Below are positions 9,782 to 20,967 of a DNA stretch of 52,569 bases, piece by piece. Position numbers and translations under genes: made by a program. The DNA is from Fidelibacterota bacterium (lineage in GTDB: Bacteria; Fidelibacterota; UBA2242): the NCBI GenBank assembly GCA_021161185.1, contig JAGHBC010000083.1, positions 1-52,569 of the forward strand, read 5' to 3'. How positions within the stretch are numbered: the first letter of the stretch is position 1; each line of letters opens with the position of its first letter. The notes under the pieces are model-generated. The model worked only from the letters and a program-made list of their open reading frames with translations. It was not told the origin of the DNA and ran no database searches.

Positions 9782-9988
9782 ATGATTACCAAAGAATCCG
9801 ATATAGAAGACATTGTTAACGATTATCCCGAATTAATTCGTCCGCTAAAGGAACAGGGAATTGCCTGTATCGCCTGCGGAGAACCTGTTTGGGGCACCTT
9901 AGCGGATATAGCCAAATCCAAAAACATCGAAAATATTGATCAAATAATTGATGAAATGAATACCATTATCAAGAAAGGCAGACAATAG
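9782..9988 (+). CDS. DUF1858 / hybrid-cluster-protein-associated redox disulfide domain protein
   Basis: 68 aa. IVNDYPELIRPLKEQGIACIACGEPVWGTLADIAK contains a CxxC and is typical of DUF1858. Confidence 0.7.
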   Translation: MITKESDIEDIVNDYPELIRPLKEQGIACIACGEPVWGTLADIAKSKNIENIDQIIDEMNTIIKKGRQ

Positions 9989-9990
9989 CT

Positions 9991-10413
9991 ATGCAGGTAA
10001 ATCTCTACCGCGCCAAAGGATCCACGTTCATCGCCAAAGGTGATTCCAATCATTGGGTTGTCATTGATTCCGTAAAACAATTCGGTGGCAGCGAAGCCGC
10101 ATCTAAACCGATGGAACTTGTTCTGATGGCGCTGGGCGGATGCTCTGCGCTTGACATTGAATCTCTGATCAATAAAATGCGGACGCCAGCTGATGAATTC
10201 CAGGTACAAATTACGGCGGAACGCCGGGATAAACACCCCAAAGTGTTCACAAAAATTCACCTTACATTCATTTTTAAGGGCGCTAATTTAAACCGGACTA
10301 ATATCGAGAAGGCTGTCAAACTCTCACAAGAGAAATACTGCTCCGTAACGGCGATGCTGAGCCAGGCCGTTGAGATTACCTACGATATTCAATTTAATCC
10401 TACCGAAAAATAG
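9991..10413 (+). CDS. OsmC/Ohr-family peroxiredoxin
   Basis: GGSEAASKPMELVLMALGGCSALDIESL ... EKYCSVTAML carries the two conserved Cys of the OsmC family. Confidence 0.85.
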   Translation: MQVNLYRAKGSTFIAKGDSNHWVVIDSVKQFGGSEAASKPMELVLMALGGCSALDIESLINKMRTPADEFQVQITAERRDKHPKVFTKIHLTFIFKGANLNRTNIEKAVKLSQEKYCSVTAMLSQAVEITYDIQFNPTEK

Positions 10414-10500
10414 GTTCCCTTTTGTTTAGAGTGGGTAATTTCGTAACCTGTTGTCTGTGGCCCGCAGTCAGTAAAACAACCATAGCGTATTCATAAGTCG

Positions 10501-10692
10501 TTATTTATTGCAAAACATGTCCGCTTTATTTATCATATTTCCCAACATCTGTCCTACCCTTTGGTTCCTTCCTATTCCCAACTCGTCGGGATTATAGTCT
10601 GTTACTCCAATATACCGGCAATCTTTTGCTGATTTAATATACATAATTTCTTGCACCATTTTTGAACTCAAAAAATCATTGTCTACGGACAC
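10501..10692 (-). pseudogene. Possible GIY-YIG nuclease-family remnant (63 codons)
   Basis: IMYIKSAKDCRYIGVTDYNPDE resembles the N-terminal YVYILKS.KDGRYYIGxTxDLxxR block of small GIY-YIG proteins. The rest diverges. The ORF is flanked by symmetric inverted repeats. Confidence 0.25.
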
Positions 10693-10798
10693 CGGACCAC
10701 AGACTACGGATTACAGGCAGCGGACCTATCCGCTCGATTCAAGAAAAAGCCATATTTTATTTTACCCACTGAATTTGAGAAGGAACCGAAAAACAGAA

Positions 10799-11914
10799 TT
10801 ACAACTCTTCATCGATCTTGAGCTGTAAGATTTCCGCCCGGGCCCGGGCAATTTTTTCTTTATTTTTTGACCGTTTCTCCAGGACATCCAGCAGTTGGAG
10901 GGCTTCATCATAAAGTTTTTGCTTCTTAAAAACCTCCACAAGTGTGAATGTCGGCACCGGTATTTTTAGCTCAACTTTAGTTGGGCCGGATTCATCCGAA
11001 TCTGCCGAATCCTGATCGTTTTTCCCCGAGCGCTTACTTTTGGGGAAGGCGGTTTTTGATTTTGTTTTGGACGTTTGAACGGGCGTCTTTTTAGATGTCT
11101 TTTTGGAAGGGGTTTTCGTTTCCGCAGGCACATTTGCTTCGGCTTGCGGTGAAGCAGGTTCTTGTGATTTTAGATCATCAGACTCATCTTTTTTTTCATC
11201 CAACTTTTTTTCTTCTATAACAGGTAATGTCCAATCCTCTTTTTGAACTTCTGAGAGAGGCTTGGATTTCAATTTGTTGAACATTTCGGCTATTGTCGAA
11301 GGCGCACCGCCGGTGGATTGCGGCGCCGTTTCCGGCTCACCCGGCTCTTTAATGCTCTCCCGGGTCAAATTTTCAGCGGACTTAATTTCCGGCTCCGGCT
11401 CTATGTGCCCGAGATGGGCTTCTTCTTCACTGATCTGCGGCGCAGGCGCTGTTTCGGCGGGCTCCGGCTGGGCGGTTTCCGGTTCGACCGGCGGCTCCGG
11501 CACGGCAGCTGCAGCCTTATCCGCTATCTTCTGAACTTCCCGGCGGGCGTTTTCGTCCAGGGGATTCAGTTCCGCAATTTTCAGATAATAGCTTTCCAAA
11601 ACTTCCGGACTCAGGATACTGTGCCCGATTTCAATTAATTTATAATAAGCCTCTAAAAAACCGGAATCCAATGCAATTGTCTGCTTAAGATGTTCAATGG
11701 CATCGGCTGTTTCATTCGATTTAAGCTCTACCGTCGCCAATAGATAATAAGCGACAGGATATCTGGGGTTTCTGGTAATTTCCTGCCGGCAGATTGCGTC
11801 GGCCCGCTCCGGATCGTTTTCCTGTAAATACATATCCGCCAGAATCAGCCTTAATTTACTGTCGGTGTTGGCTTCTAAATATGCTTCTAAATCGGTCTTA
11901 TTCATCACTTCCAT
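10799..11914 (-). CDS. TPR-repeat protein with central Pro/Glu/Lys-rich low-complexity linker
   Basis: N-terminal TPR-like helices (ADMYLQENDPERADAICRQEI..., AYYLLATVELKSNE...AIEHLKQTIALD) and a C-terminal TPR-like helix pair. The middle is PEPPVEPETAQPEPAETAPAP and K/S/T-rich. Confidence 0.7.
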   Translation of the reverse strand: MEVMNKTDLEAYLEANTDSKLRLILADMYLQENDPERADAICRQEITRNPRYPVAYYLLATVELKSNETADAIEHLKQTIALDSGFLEAYYKLIEIGHSILSPEVLESYYLKIAELNPLDENARREVQKIADKAAAAVPEPPVEPETAQPEPAETAPAPQISEEEAHLGHIEPEPEIKSAENLTRESIKEPGEPETAPQSTGGAPSTIAEMFNKLKSKPLSEVQKEDWTLPVIEEKKLDEKKDESDDLKSQEPASPQAEANVPAETKTPSKKTSKKTPVQTSKTKSKTAFPKSKRSGKNDQDSADSDESGPTKVELKIPVPTFTLVEVFKKQKLYDEALQLLDVLEKRSKNKEKIARARAEILQLKIDEEL

Positions 11915-12139
11915 GACAATCTCCTTCTAAAATCCGCTCCTTTGGTGAATTTATTATCTGTTGCCAACAAATCAAGGAAAAACATTTGAATTATTTCACC
12001 TGAAAATAGAACACAGATAATACAGATCATCTTTTAAATTTATTAGAGTTCCGTTATCATGTTTATTTTCATACCTCTTTGTGTCAAATTGTTGACATGT
12101 AGGTTTCGTTTTTAAATAACAGTGCGGTTTTATCTCAAA

Positions 12140-12859
12140 TCATCGGGAGATCAATCCCCGATCCGCAAAACTGGTAAATCCGCTACCGGCAATTATAATA
12201 TGATCAAGAACAGGAATATTCATCGCTTTGCCACTTTCGACCATCTGCCGGGTCAGCCGGATATCCTCACGACTCGGCTCAATATTTCCGCTCGGATGAT
12301 TATGGACGAGGATCACCGCCGCAGCCATACCGACAATTGCCTCGCGAAACACTTCGCGGGGCGTTACTACCGAGGCATTCAGAACGCCTTCGGAAATAAT
12401 AACCTCTTTGATCAGACGATTATTACTTGCCAGCAACAGGACCATAAATATTTCTTTTTTCAGATCACGTAATTTAGGACCGCAGATATTCGCAACCGCT
12501 TCCGATGAGCGTAAAATCAAATCCGGTATCCGCGATTCCTCCGTCTGCAATCTGCGCGCCAGCTGCAGAGCCGCTGCAATCGTAACGGCTTTGGTTTTCC
12601 CCAAACCTTTAATCTTTAACATCAAAATGTCGTTATAGTCCATTTGAGCCAGTTTATTTAAACCGCCAGCTTGATGAAGCAATTTCCGGGCAACATCTAT
12701 TGCTGAATAACCACCCGCACCAGACCGGATAAGGATAGCCAGCAACTCAGTTTCCGTCAGTTTTAAAGGGCCGTATTGCATCAGTTTCTCTCTGGGGCGC
12801 TCCGCCTCCGGCCAGTCGGTTATCGGCATTCGATAATATGCTGCTTCTTTAACTTTCAA
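12140..12859 (-). CDS. radC: RadC-family JAB/MPN domain protein (UPF0758)
   Basis: N-terminal HhH region (ERPREKL...[18 protein letters not shown]) and the JAMM motif [18 protein letters not shown]. Confidence 0.85.
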   Translation of the reverse strand: MKVKEAAYYRMPITDWPEAERPREKLMQYGPLKLTETELLAILIRSGAGGYSAIDVARKLLHQAGGLNKLAQMDYNDILMLKIKGLGKTKAVTIAAALQLARRLQTEESRIPDLILRSSEAVANICGPKLRDLKKEIFMVLLLASNNRLIKEVIISEGVLNASVVTPREVFREAIVGMAAAVILVHNHPSGNIEPSREDIRLTRQMVESGKAMNIPVLDHIIIAGSGFTSFADRGLISR

Positions 12860-13311
12860 CGTTTCGCCCTTAATTTAGTATCGAGAACAAAGGTAACCGG
12901 CCCGTCATTTATCAGACTGACGTCCATCATGGCGCCAAATATTCCGGTAGCTACCGAAATATTTTCCTTTTTCACACGTTCTATAAAATAATCATAAAGC
13001 GCTTTGCCTCTGTCGGGATCAGCAGCGTTTATAAAGCTCGGTCGACGCCCTTTGCGCCAATCTCCACATAGTGTAAACTGAGAGATTACGAGAGCGCTCC
13101 CACCGACATCTTTGATTGACCGATTCATTTTGCCCTCACTATCATTGAAAATCCGGAGCCCGGCAATCTTTGAAACCAGGAAGTCAGCATCCGGTTCACT
13201 ATCCTCCTGAAAAACACCCAGTAAAATCACCAGCCCTTGGTCAATTTCCCCGACAACAGAGTCGTCGACCCTTACGGAAGCATTTTTACTACGCTGAATT
13301 ACGGCGATCAT
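12856..13311 (-). CDS. dtd: D-aminoacyl-tRNA deacylase
   Basis: [17 protein letters not shown]...GLVILLGV...[17 protein letters not shown]...[16 protein letters not shown]. Confidence 0.9.
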   Translation of the reverse strand: MIAVIQRSKNASVRVDDSVVGEIDQGLVILLGVFQEDSEPDADFLVSKIAGLRIFNDSEGKMNRSIKDVGGSALVISQFTLCGDWRKGRRPSFINAADPDRGKALYDYFIERVKKENISVATGIFGAMMDVSLINDGPVTFVLDTKLRAKR

Positions 13312-16300
13312 CCTTCCAACCAGACGTTATCTTCACCCAGTTTTTTTTGCAGGGTTGCAACAAATTTCTTCTTCGAGCTGACCATATACTTGCCACTGCG
13401 AATGGTCTTCCTGTTCCCTTTCAAATCGACAAGATGTATTATTAAAGTGCAATCGCCACTGTTTTTTCGGGACAGTTCTGCAAATTCGGCGAGGTCTTCA
13501 TCACTGAGTTTGTCCAAAACCAGGCGAACATGTATCTTTTTGGATTTTTTATCCATATATCCTTCGAGCGGGATAATCTCATCAACCACAATTTTTCCGT
13601 CGTCTCCCCCCCGGCAGCTGACCGTCCCATATATAAAAACCGGACTGTCCACCTCAATGAGTTCGGCATACTTTTCATAAACACTGGAAAACACCAATAA
13701 TTCTACGGTTCCATTCAAGCTTTCGAGTTTAATAAATGCCATTAGACGATTTTTCTTGTCATAGGTTTTCCGGATACCGGCAATTAAACCGCCTAATTTG
13801 ATAGCAGCGTTATCCAGTTTATCAAGAGATTCCGTAAAATCATAATTGGAAAAAGATTCAATTTCGGTCTTGTACTGAAGTAGGGGATGCCCGGATAAGT
13901 ACATCCCGACCGCCTCTTTCTCGCGAATCCAGCGATCATTATCGCTCCAGGGCGGGACATCAGGCAGTTTAGGCTCCTGAATAACCGAATCTGAATTAGA
14001 GGAATCCAGATTAAAGAGATTTACCTGTTTTGTACTCTTCTCTTTATAAATACTTTGACTGTACCGAACAGCCGAATCAATTGCTGCAAATTTTTGGGCG
14101 CGGCTTCCGTCAAAATCATCCATGGCGCCGGATGCCACCAGACTTTCCAGGGCTTTACGGTTCACGCTTTTTAAATCCAGAGCACTGACAAATTGAAATA
14201 TCGATTTAAACGGACCCTTTTTTTTGCGAGCGGCAACCACACTCTCAGCCGCCCGTCCGCCAACGTTTTTAATGGCATTCAAGCCAAAGCGAATACTCCC
14301 TTCTTCGGGAATAAAGTTGACTTCACTCTTGTTGATACTGGGCGGTAAAATATCGGAGCCCATGCTTCTGACCTCGTTGGATAGAATGACTATCCGGTCG
14401 GTATTACCTATCTCGCTGGTCAGGTTCGCCGCCATAAATTCCGCCGGGTAGTGAGCTTTTAAATAACCAACCCGGTAAGCCAGAACAGCATAAGCCGCGG
14501 CATGGCTTTTATTAAATCCATAACTGGCAAACTTCTGGATCAACGCATATATTTCTTCCGCCAGCTCCGGTGCAATATTTTTACTTTTAGCTCCTTCTAT
14601 AAATTCTTTTTTCAAGGCCTTCATTATCGCAATCTGCTTCTTGCCCATGGCGCGCCGCATCACATCAGCCTTGGACAATGAAAAACCGCCGATAACACTC
14701 ACAATCTGCATCACCTGTTCCTGGTAAACAATGATCCCGTTAGTGTCTTTCAGAATCGGTTCAAGTAACGGGTGGGGATATTTTATTTGAGCCCGCCCCT
14801 GTTTCCGGGCGATATAATCGGGAATCATATCCATGGGACCCGGCCGGTAGAGCGCATTCATGGCAATAAGGTCATCGATACCTGAGGGCTTAAGCTTTTT
14901 CAGGTAATCACGCATTCCCGCCGATTCGAACTGAAAAATACCAATCGTCCGCCCTTCACCGAACAACTTTAGCGTTTTCAGATCATTTTCGGGAATTGAA
15001 GCAAGGTCCAGTTCAACGCCTCTGGCGTGCAGAGTCGCCAGAGTGTTATCAATCACCGTCAGGTTCCGTAATCCAAGAAAATCAACTTTGAGCAGACCAA
15101 TTTCGTCAATACACTTCATATCGTACTGAGTTGTAACGTCACCATTCGAGGATTGATAAAGAGGAACATAATCCGTCAGATCACCCGGTGCAATAACGAC
15201 GCCGGCGGCATGGGTGGACGAATGCCGGTTCATGCCTTCAAGCACCAGGCAAATATCAAACAATTTACGGTGCTCCTGATCCAGTTCCGAAGCTGCTTTC
15301 AACTCCTTACTCTGCTCCAGGGCATCTTTTAATTTGACGTTCGGAATATCAGGAATCAGTTTGGCAATCCGATCCACTTCCGGCAGAGGCATACTCATGA
15401 CCCGCCCCACATCCCGAATAACACCACGGGCTTTCATCTTACCAAAAGTGATGATCTGGGTTACACTTTCAGCGCCATATTTCTCTTTAATATAATCAAT
15501 TACCCGCCCCCGTTTTTCATCACAGAAATCGATATCAATATCCGGCATCGAAATTCGATCCGGATTCAGGAACCGCTCAAAAATCAGGTCAAAACGTAAT
15601 GGATCAATATCGGTGATTTCGAGTGCGTATGCCACGATACTTCCGGCTGCCGATCCTCGTCCAGGGCCTACGGATATATCATTGGTTTTGGCAAAATGAA
15701 CAAAATCCTGGACAATTAAAAAATATCCTGCAAATCCCATCTCTTTAATAACACTCAATTCAAAATCAGTCCGTTTTTTGATTTCCGGGCTAATTTCAGA
15801 ATAACGCTTTGCCAGCCCCTTGTAAACAAGATTTGCCAAATATTCATCAGTCGTTTTAGCCTCTTCTTCAGGAATTGGAAAGTTGGGTAAATAGTTCCGT
15901 CCGAGATCCAGCCTAAGGTCACACTGCTCGGCGATTTTGACCGTATTTTCGATCACTTCCATATCACCCGGAAAGAGGGCACACATCTCATCGTATGATT
16001 TAAGCCAGTATTCGGGGGGATCGTATCTTAGCCGGTCGGAATCGCGCAATTCCTTCCCAATGCCCAAACAGAAATGGGCGTCATGGGCTTCCCAATGTTC
16101 CGCCCGGGCGTAGTGAGTGTCATTTGTGGCAACTCGTGGCAAGCCGGTTTCCGCAGATAGTTTTTTTGATATTTCGTACCAGCGTTCTTCTTCTTTAAGA
16201 TAGTGGTTTTGAACTTCAAGATAAAAGCGGTCTTTAAATATTTCGCCATACTCCAGGGCAAGCTGTTTAGCCTGGTTATAATCACCCTTAAGAGCGATCC

Positions 16301-16739
16301 GCTGAATTTTACCCTGAATACAGGCTGTCGTGGCAATTAATCCTTCATTATACTTGATTAACAATTCTTTATCAACCCGTGGGCGATAGTAAAAACCTTC
16401 GAGATAACTCTTGCTAACCAATTTAAGGAGGTTTTTATAGCCCTGAATATTTTGAGCCAGTAACAAGAAGTGATTGTGCCCCAAACCACCCTGCTTTTTA
16501 GACTTTTTATCGAAACGGCTGTTATCGGCAACATACACCTCACAGCCAACGATCGGTTTGATTTTGTACTTTTTCGCCGCCTTGTAAAAGGATATAGCGC
16601 TGAATAAATTGCCATGCTCGGTCAGACCGACCGCGGGCATTCCGAGCTCCTGAACCCGCTTCAACAACCCATCAATTGATTGAGCTCCATCCAGTAAACT
16701 GTAATCCGAGTGATTATGCAAATGAATAAATGTTGCCAT
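13308..16739 (-). CDS. dnaE: DNA polymerase III alpha subunit
   Basis: 1143 aa. PHP domain ([16 protein letters not shown]), polymerase core ([21 protein letters not shown]) and an OB-fold C-terminus. Confidence 0.95.
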   Translation of the reverse strand: MATFIHLHNHSDYSLLDGAQSIDGLLKRVQELGMPAVGLTEHGNLFSAISFYKAAKKYKIKPIVGCEVYVADNSRFDKKSKKQGGLGHNHFLLLAQNIQGYKNLLKLVSKSYLEGFYYRPRVDKELLIKYNEGLIATTACIQGKIQRIALKGDYNQAKQLALEYGEIFKDRFYLEVQNHYLKEEERWYEISKKLSAETGLPRVATNDTHYARAEHWEAHDAHFCLGIGKELRDSDRLRYDPPEYWLKSYDEMCALFPGDMEVIENTVKIAEQCDLRLDLGRNYLPNFPIPEEEAKTTDEYLANLVYKGLAKRYSEISPEIKKRTDFELSVIKEMGFAGYFLIVQDFVHFAKTNDISVGPGRGSAAGSIVAYALEITDIDPLRFDLIFERFLNPDRISMPDIDIDFCDEKRGRVIDYIKEKYGAESVTQIITFGKMKARGVIRDVGRVMSMPLPEVDRIAKLIPDIPNVKLKDALEQSKELKAASELDQEHRKLFDICLVLEGMNRHSSTHAAGVVIAPGDLTDYVPLYQSSNGDVTTQYDMKCIDEIGLLKVDFLGLRNLTVIDNTLATLHARGVELDLASIPENDLKTLKLFGEGRTIGIFQFESAGMRDYLKKLKPSGIDDLIAMNALYRPGPMDMIPDYIARKQGRAQIKYPHPLLEPILKDTNGIIVYQEQVMQIVSVIGGFSLSKADVMRRAMGKKQIAIMKALKKEFIEGAKSKNIAPELAEEIYALIQKFASYGFNKSHAAAYAVLAYRVGYLKAHYPAEFMAANLTSEIGNTDRIVILSNEVRSMGSDILPPSINKSEVNFIPEEGSIRFGLNAIKNVGGRAAESVVAARKKKGPFKSIFQFVSALDLKSVNRKALESLVASGAMDDFDGSRAQKFAAIDSAVRYSQSIYKEKSTKQVNLFNLDSSNSDSVIQEPKLPDVPPWSDNDRWIREKEAVGMYLSGHPLLQYKTEIESFSNYDFTESLDKLDNAAIKLGGLIAGIRKTYDKKNRLMAFIKLESLNGTVELLVFSSVYEKYAELIEVDSPVFIYGTVSCRGGDDGKIVVDEIIPLEGYMDKKSKKIHVRLVLDKLSDEDLAEFAELSRKNSGDCTLIIHLVDLKGNRKTIRSGKYMVSSKKKFVATLQKKLGEDNVWLEG

Positions 16740-17579
16740 TTAAAATTTCCCCAGAAATATCGCTAATAGTCCCAAAAATATATCACCTTTTAAAATCGCC
16801 GCAAGCCGGGCACAATTGCTTGCCGAACAATCTTTACGGATAGAATATATAACATATACCAGCGGAAATTCCACCCCAAAGATTAATGTCAGCAAATAAT
16901 ATGTTCCGTAAACATGCAAAATATAAGGTGTAATTGCTCCAAACATAAGTATTAACGTAAGCGAAATAATAATTTTCCTTGTTACTCCAACTCCATACTT
17001 TAACGGCAACGTCCGGGCTCCCAAGGTCTGGTCGCCATCCATATCCTGAATATCCTTCACAATTTCCCTGATCAGGTTAAAACCAAATGCCAGAAAAAAA
17101 GGGGTGACGCCTTTTGAAATATCACCGTAAATACTGGCGGCAAACAGAAATGTCATACCAAGAATGGTACTGACCACCACATTGCCGAGAAATGGACGCA
17201 TCTTAAAAAACAGACTGTAGGTTGTCAACAATAGCACCGCCAGAAGGAGAATAATCATCAACTCGATCGTCAATACGGGAATTGCCAGCAAGCTGCCCGT
17301 CAGGAATAAGCAGACAGACCAGATCAATGCCCCTTTGCGGGAGACCGATCCCTGGGGAATAGGACGCTCCGGGCGGTTAATTTTATCAATTTCCGCATCA
17401 CAATAATCATTGATGGCATTGCCCGCTCCCGTATAGGACCAAACGATCGCGGTCGCCAACAGGATTATGTTCCAGGCGGGAAACCGGTCCATTAGAGTTG
17501 CCATCACAATAAGCGCTATTCCGCCCTGTAAAAGATTCAGCGGACGCATCAGGCATATATAAGCCAATACCTTTTTCAC
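16740..17579 (-). CDS. UbiA-family prenyltransferase, archaeal DGGGP-synthase-like
   Basis: Polytopic membrane protein. First Asp-rich motif NAINDYCDAEIDKINRPERPIPQG, second motif KDIQDMDGDQTLGARTLP. The stop codon abuts the dnaE start codon. Confidence 0.7.
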   Translation of the reverse strand: MKKVLAYICLMRPLNLLQGGIALIVMATLMDRFPAWNIILLATAIVWSYTGAGNAINDYCDAEIDKINRPERPIPQGSVSRKGALIWSVCLFLTGSLLAIPVLTIELMIILLLAVLLLTTYSLFFKMRPFLGNVVVSTILGMTFLFAASIYGDISKGVTPFFLAFGFNLIREIVKDIQDMDGDQTLGARTLPLKYGVGVTRKIIISLTLILMFGAITPYILHVYGTYYLLTLIFGVEFPLVYVIYSIRKDCSASNCARLAAILKGDIFLGLLAIFLGKF

Positions 17580-18499
17580 TTTTTCAACCGTGCTATTATT
17601 CCCCGGCTCTGCCCAAGATAATCTTGAATGACCTCAAAATCTTGCAACCCTTTTTCGGCAATTACCGACTTCACATCATTTTCCTGATAATTGCCCCCAA
17701 TCTCAACCGCCAGAATCCCGTCGGGTTCAAGATTGCTCACCGCTAACTCAGCCAGTCTTTTATAAAACACTAATGGATCTTTTCCGGGATACAGGGCAAT
17801 TTCCGGTTCGTAATTCTTAACCGATTCCGATATGTTTTCCCACCATTCTCCGGATACATACGGCGGATTTGATACAATAACATTAAATAACCTGTTTCCC
17901 GGCATCTCCGTTAAAATGTTTTTTTTAATAAATTTAATCCGGTCATCCACATTGTTGAGCCGGGCATTTTCCCGGGCAATTTTAAGAGCCTCAGAACTGA
18001 TATCCACGGCGACAAGCTCACAATCGGAACAATGCACCGCCAGGGATATGGCAATACAACCCGATCCGGTTCCCACATCCAATATCCGGGAGGTTGAATT
18101 TTTGTTTTGGGACAGAAAAGACCGAAGATATTCGACGATAACTTCTGTTTCCTGCCGGGGAATCAGGACATGCTGATTAACTAATATTTTTAATCCCATG
18201 AATTCCGTATATCCGAGAACATACTGGAGCGGTTTTCCGGACACCCGTTCGATCAGAATTTTCTTAAAAGCTGCCAGATTTTCGGCGGTTAACGCTTGGT
18301 CATGGTTTAGATAAATATCAATCCGGCTACAATTCAGAATTTCACGCAGCATCCATTCGGCTTCAACCTGGGGCGATTCAACTCCTTTGGAAGAAAGATA
18401 GGCTTTCGACCATTTTAAAACATCAATAATCCGCCAGGTTTTGGAAATGGGTGTATCCATAAAATCATTAAAATTTAACCGGGATTTCCCAGAGTACAA
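17576..18499 (-). CDS. prmC: Release-factor glutamine N5-methyltransferase
   Basis: SAM motif LDVGTGSGCIAI and catalytic VSNPPY. Located directly downstream of prfA. Confidence 0.85.
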   Translation of the reverse strand: MYSGKSRLNFNDFMDTPISKTWRIIDVLKWSKAYLSSKGVESPQVEAEWMLREILNCSRIDIYLNHDQALTAENLAAFKKILIERVSGKPLQYVLGYTEFMGLKILVNQHVLIPRQETEVIVEYLRSFLSQNKNSTSRILDVGTGSGCIAISLAVHCSDCELVAVDISSEALKIARENARLNNVDDRIKFIKKNILTEMPGNRLFNVIVSNPPYVSGEWWENISESVKNYEPEIALYPGKDPLVFYKRLAELAVSNLEPDGILAVEIGGNYQENDVKSVIAEKGLQDFEVIQDYLGQSRGIIARLKK

Positions 18500-18541
18500 G
18501 AATAATTATGATTTATCAAAAAGGAATTTGACGCCGAGATA

Positions 18542-19615
18542 TTAGGAATGGTGCGAAGAACTCTGCAACTGGTTCATATTATGAGCGATTTTAACGGCTT
18601 CAATTAACTCGTCCAGATCGCCCTGCATCACATCCTCGAGTTTATACAGCGTCAGGTTAATGCGATGATCGGTTACCCTACCCTGGGGAAAATTGTAGGT
18701 TTTAATTTTAGCACTGCGGTCTCCGGTACTGACCATGGAGCGGCGTTGAGCGGCAATCTCAGCTTCATGTTCTGCCTGTTTCAGAGCTAACAATCGGCTA
18801 CGTAATATTTTAAGCGCTTTGGCTTTGTTCTTATGCTGGGACTTTTCATCCTGACAGGTCACCACAAGCCCGGACGGAAGGTGAGTTATTCGGATCGCCG
18901 ATTCAACCTTATTGACGTGCTGGCCGCCAGCTCCGCTGGCGCGGTATGTATCAATACGAAGGTCGCCGGGGTCTATCTCAACATCTACGTCTTCCGCCTC
19001 GGGAAGCACAGCTACAGTAGCGGCGGAGGTATGAATTCTACCGGAAGTTTCGGTCAAGGGCACCCGCTGCACACGGTGGACACCGGATTCAAATTTCATT
19101 GTTCCATATACATTATGCCCGCTTAAGGAAAATATAACCTCTTTAAAACCACCAATACCGATCATGCTACCGGAAAGCTCTTCAACCTTCCAGTTTTTCC
19201 GCTCGGCATATTTCACATACATCCGGTAGAGATCGCCGGCAAAAATAGCCGCTTCATCGCCACCGGTGCCGGCTCGAATTTCCACAATGGCGTTTTTATC
19301 GTCATTCGGATCTTTCGGAATCAGCATCACTTTCAACTCTTCCTGAAGACGTTCCTCCCGCACCCGCAGATCCTCGATTTCTTCGCTAACCAGCTCCTTC
19401 AACTCTTCATCGGAGCTATTTAAAATTTCCACATCTTCGCTAATCCGCTTGACTAACTGAAGATATTCTTTAGACTTTTCAACAATTGGCGTGAGGTCTT
19501 TATGTTCTTTGGTTAATTTCCGGTATTTTTCCTGATTCGTCACGACATCGGGATTAGCAAGCTCGTCGGATATTTCCTCAAATCTTTGTTGGATTTCCTG
19601 TAATTTATTGATCAT
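18542..19615 (-). CDS. prfA: Peptide chain release factor 1
   Basis: GGQ motif ([24 protein letters not shown]). Full-length RF1-like sequence. Confidence 0.95.
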   Translation of the reverse strand: MINKLQEIQQRFEEISDELANPDVVTNQEKYRKLTKEHKDLTPIVEKSKEYLQLVKRISEDVEILNSSDEELKELVSEEIEDLRVREERLQEELKVMLIPKDPNDDKNAIVEIRAGTGGDEAAIFAGDLYRMYVKYAERKNWKVEELSGSMIGIGGFKEVIFSLSGHNVYGTMKFESGVHRVQRVPLTETSGRIHTSAATVAVLPEAEDVDVEIDPGDLRIDTYRASGAGGQHVNKVESAIRITHLPSGLVVTCQDEKSQHKNKAKALKILRSRLLALKQAEHEAEIAAQRRSMVSTGDRSAKIKTYNFPQGRVTDHRINLTLYKLEDVMQGDLDELIEAVKIAHNMNQLQSSSHHS

Positions 19616-19626
19616 AATTTTCTTGC

Positions 19627-20610
19627 CTATTCAACAGCTGTTGCAATAAACGTCTGCCCGATATAATCTTTGTACTTATCACCGAATGCTGCTTTTAAGG
19701 CGGCAATGGCGGTTTCGAGTTGGGCATCATCGGGTGGTTTGGTGGTAATCCGCTGAAGCCATAATCCCGGTGCGGACAGCCAGCGCCCCCATCGTTTTTG
19801 CTGATTGCTAGCAGTCACTTTTAAAAGTTCATAGCCCACGCCCGCCACAAAAGGCATAAGCAGCAGATGAAAAACAATCCGCATGGGCAGGGTAATTGTC
19901 CCGGCAATCAGAATTATCACACTATCTATCAGAGCAAACATCAGGATGGAAGACAGGAGTACAATAAAAATAAAACTGGTCCCACAGCGAGGGTGAAAGG
20001 TCGTAAATTTACGGCTGTTTTCAACGGTCAGATCCTGACCGCTTTCGAAAGTATAAACTATTTTGTGTTCGGCGCCGTGATATTGAAACAGACGCTGAAT
20101 ATCTTTCATCAGGGATATTAACCAGAGATAGACGAGAAAAAAGACAATCCGCCAGGCGCCGGCGACAATATTGAAGGCAAAAACCTGGCGCTCAATATTT
20201 AATAACTTCGTCGTAATATAAAGCGGCAGCACGCCAAAAAGAGCAAAACCCAGCGCCAGAGCAAAAACCATCGTAAGCGCCGATAAAAATTTATTCTCCT
20301 TTTTAGGCTTTTTTCCCTGCGATTCTTCCTCAGCCTGAATAGCAATATCGGCTGAGAATTGTAATGTTCCAAGACCGATTTTCAAAGATTCGAAAAGGGA
20401 TACCATTCCCCGCAGAATAGGTTTTTTCAAAACCGGATGTTTTTCGACAACTGATGTAAAATCAGACCGCTTCGTCTCAATGGTACCATCGGATTTTCGA
20501 ACAGCTGTCGCATAGGCACCGGGTACGCGCATCATGACGCCTTCAATAACGGCCTGTCCACCAACTAATATTTTTGCTTCCATGGGTATTAAAAAAAACG
20601 ACATCTCCAA
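19627..20610 (-). CDS. DUF1385 family membrane protein
   Basis: [13 protein letters not shown]...YHGAEHK motifs. Sits in the conserved rpmE-DUF1385-prfA neighbourhood. Confidence 0.8.
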   Translation of the reverse strand: MEMSFFLIPMEAKILVGGQAVIEGVMMRVPGAYATAVRKSDGTIETKRSDFTSVVEKHPVLKKPILRGMVSLFESLKIGLGTLQFSADIAIQAEEESQGKKPKKENKFLSALTMVFALALGFALFGVLPLYITTKLLNIERQVFAFNIVAGAWRIVFFLVYLWLISLMKDIQRLFQYHGAEHKIVYTFESGQDLTVENSRKFTTFHPRCGTSFIFIVLLSSILMFALIDSVIILIAGTITLPMRIVFHLLLMPFVAGVGYELLKVTASNQQKRWGRWLSAPGLWLQRITTKPPDDAQLETAIAALKAAFGDKYKDYIGQTFIATAVE

Positions 20611-20645
20611 CAGCGTGAAGACGTCGCTATATTTTTAAAAAGGTG

Positions 20646-20858
20646 CTATCCTTTTATATTGGCTCTGTTATACTTGCGATTAAATTTCTCAATACGTCCG
20701 GCAGAGTCAATCAATTTCTGCTTACCGGTAAAAAACGGGTGACATGCCGAACAGATTTCCACCTTCAAATCGCCAATGGTTGAGCGGGTTTCAAATTTAT
20801 TTCCGCAAGCACAGCTTACAGTACACTTTTCATATTTTGGATGAATTTTCGGTTTCAT
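20646..20858 (-). CDS. rpmE: 50S ribosomal protein L31
   Basis: MKPKIHPKY...CSCG...[13 protein letters not shown]. Confidence 0.9.
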   Translation of the reverse strand: MKPKIHPKYEKCTVSCACGNKFETRSTIGDLKVEICSACHPFFTGKQKLIDSAGRIEKFNRKYNRANIKG

Positions 20859-20967
20859 TGTTATATCCTTTAGCTAATAATCATCATTGCATAAAGCAAG
20901 TAAATATACGTTTTTTAAATCCTTAAAATCAAGAAAAATAAAGATTCCCTATATAGAAAGAACCAAT

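Noticed and set aside
11040-11560. Repetitive-looking Pro/Glu/Lys/Ser-rich DNA inside the TPR gene; considered as a tandem DNA repeat or a separate antisense gene (ORFs 11262-11534 and 11318-11638).
   Set aside because: I found no exact nucleotide periodicity. It reads through in frame as a low-complexity linker between TPR regions. The plus-strand ORFs are composition-driven shadows.
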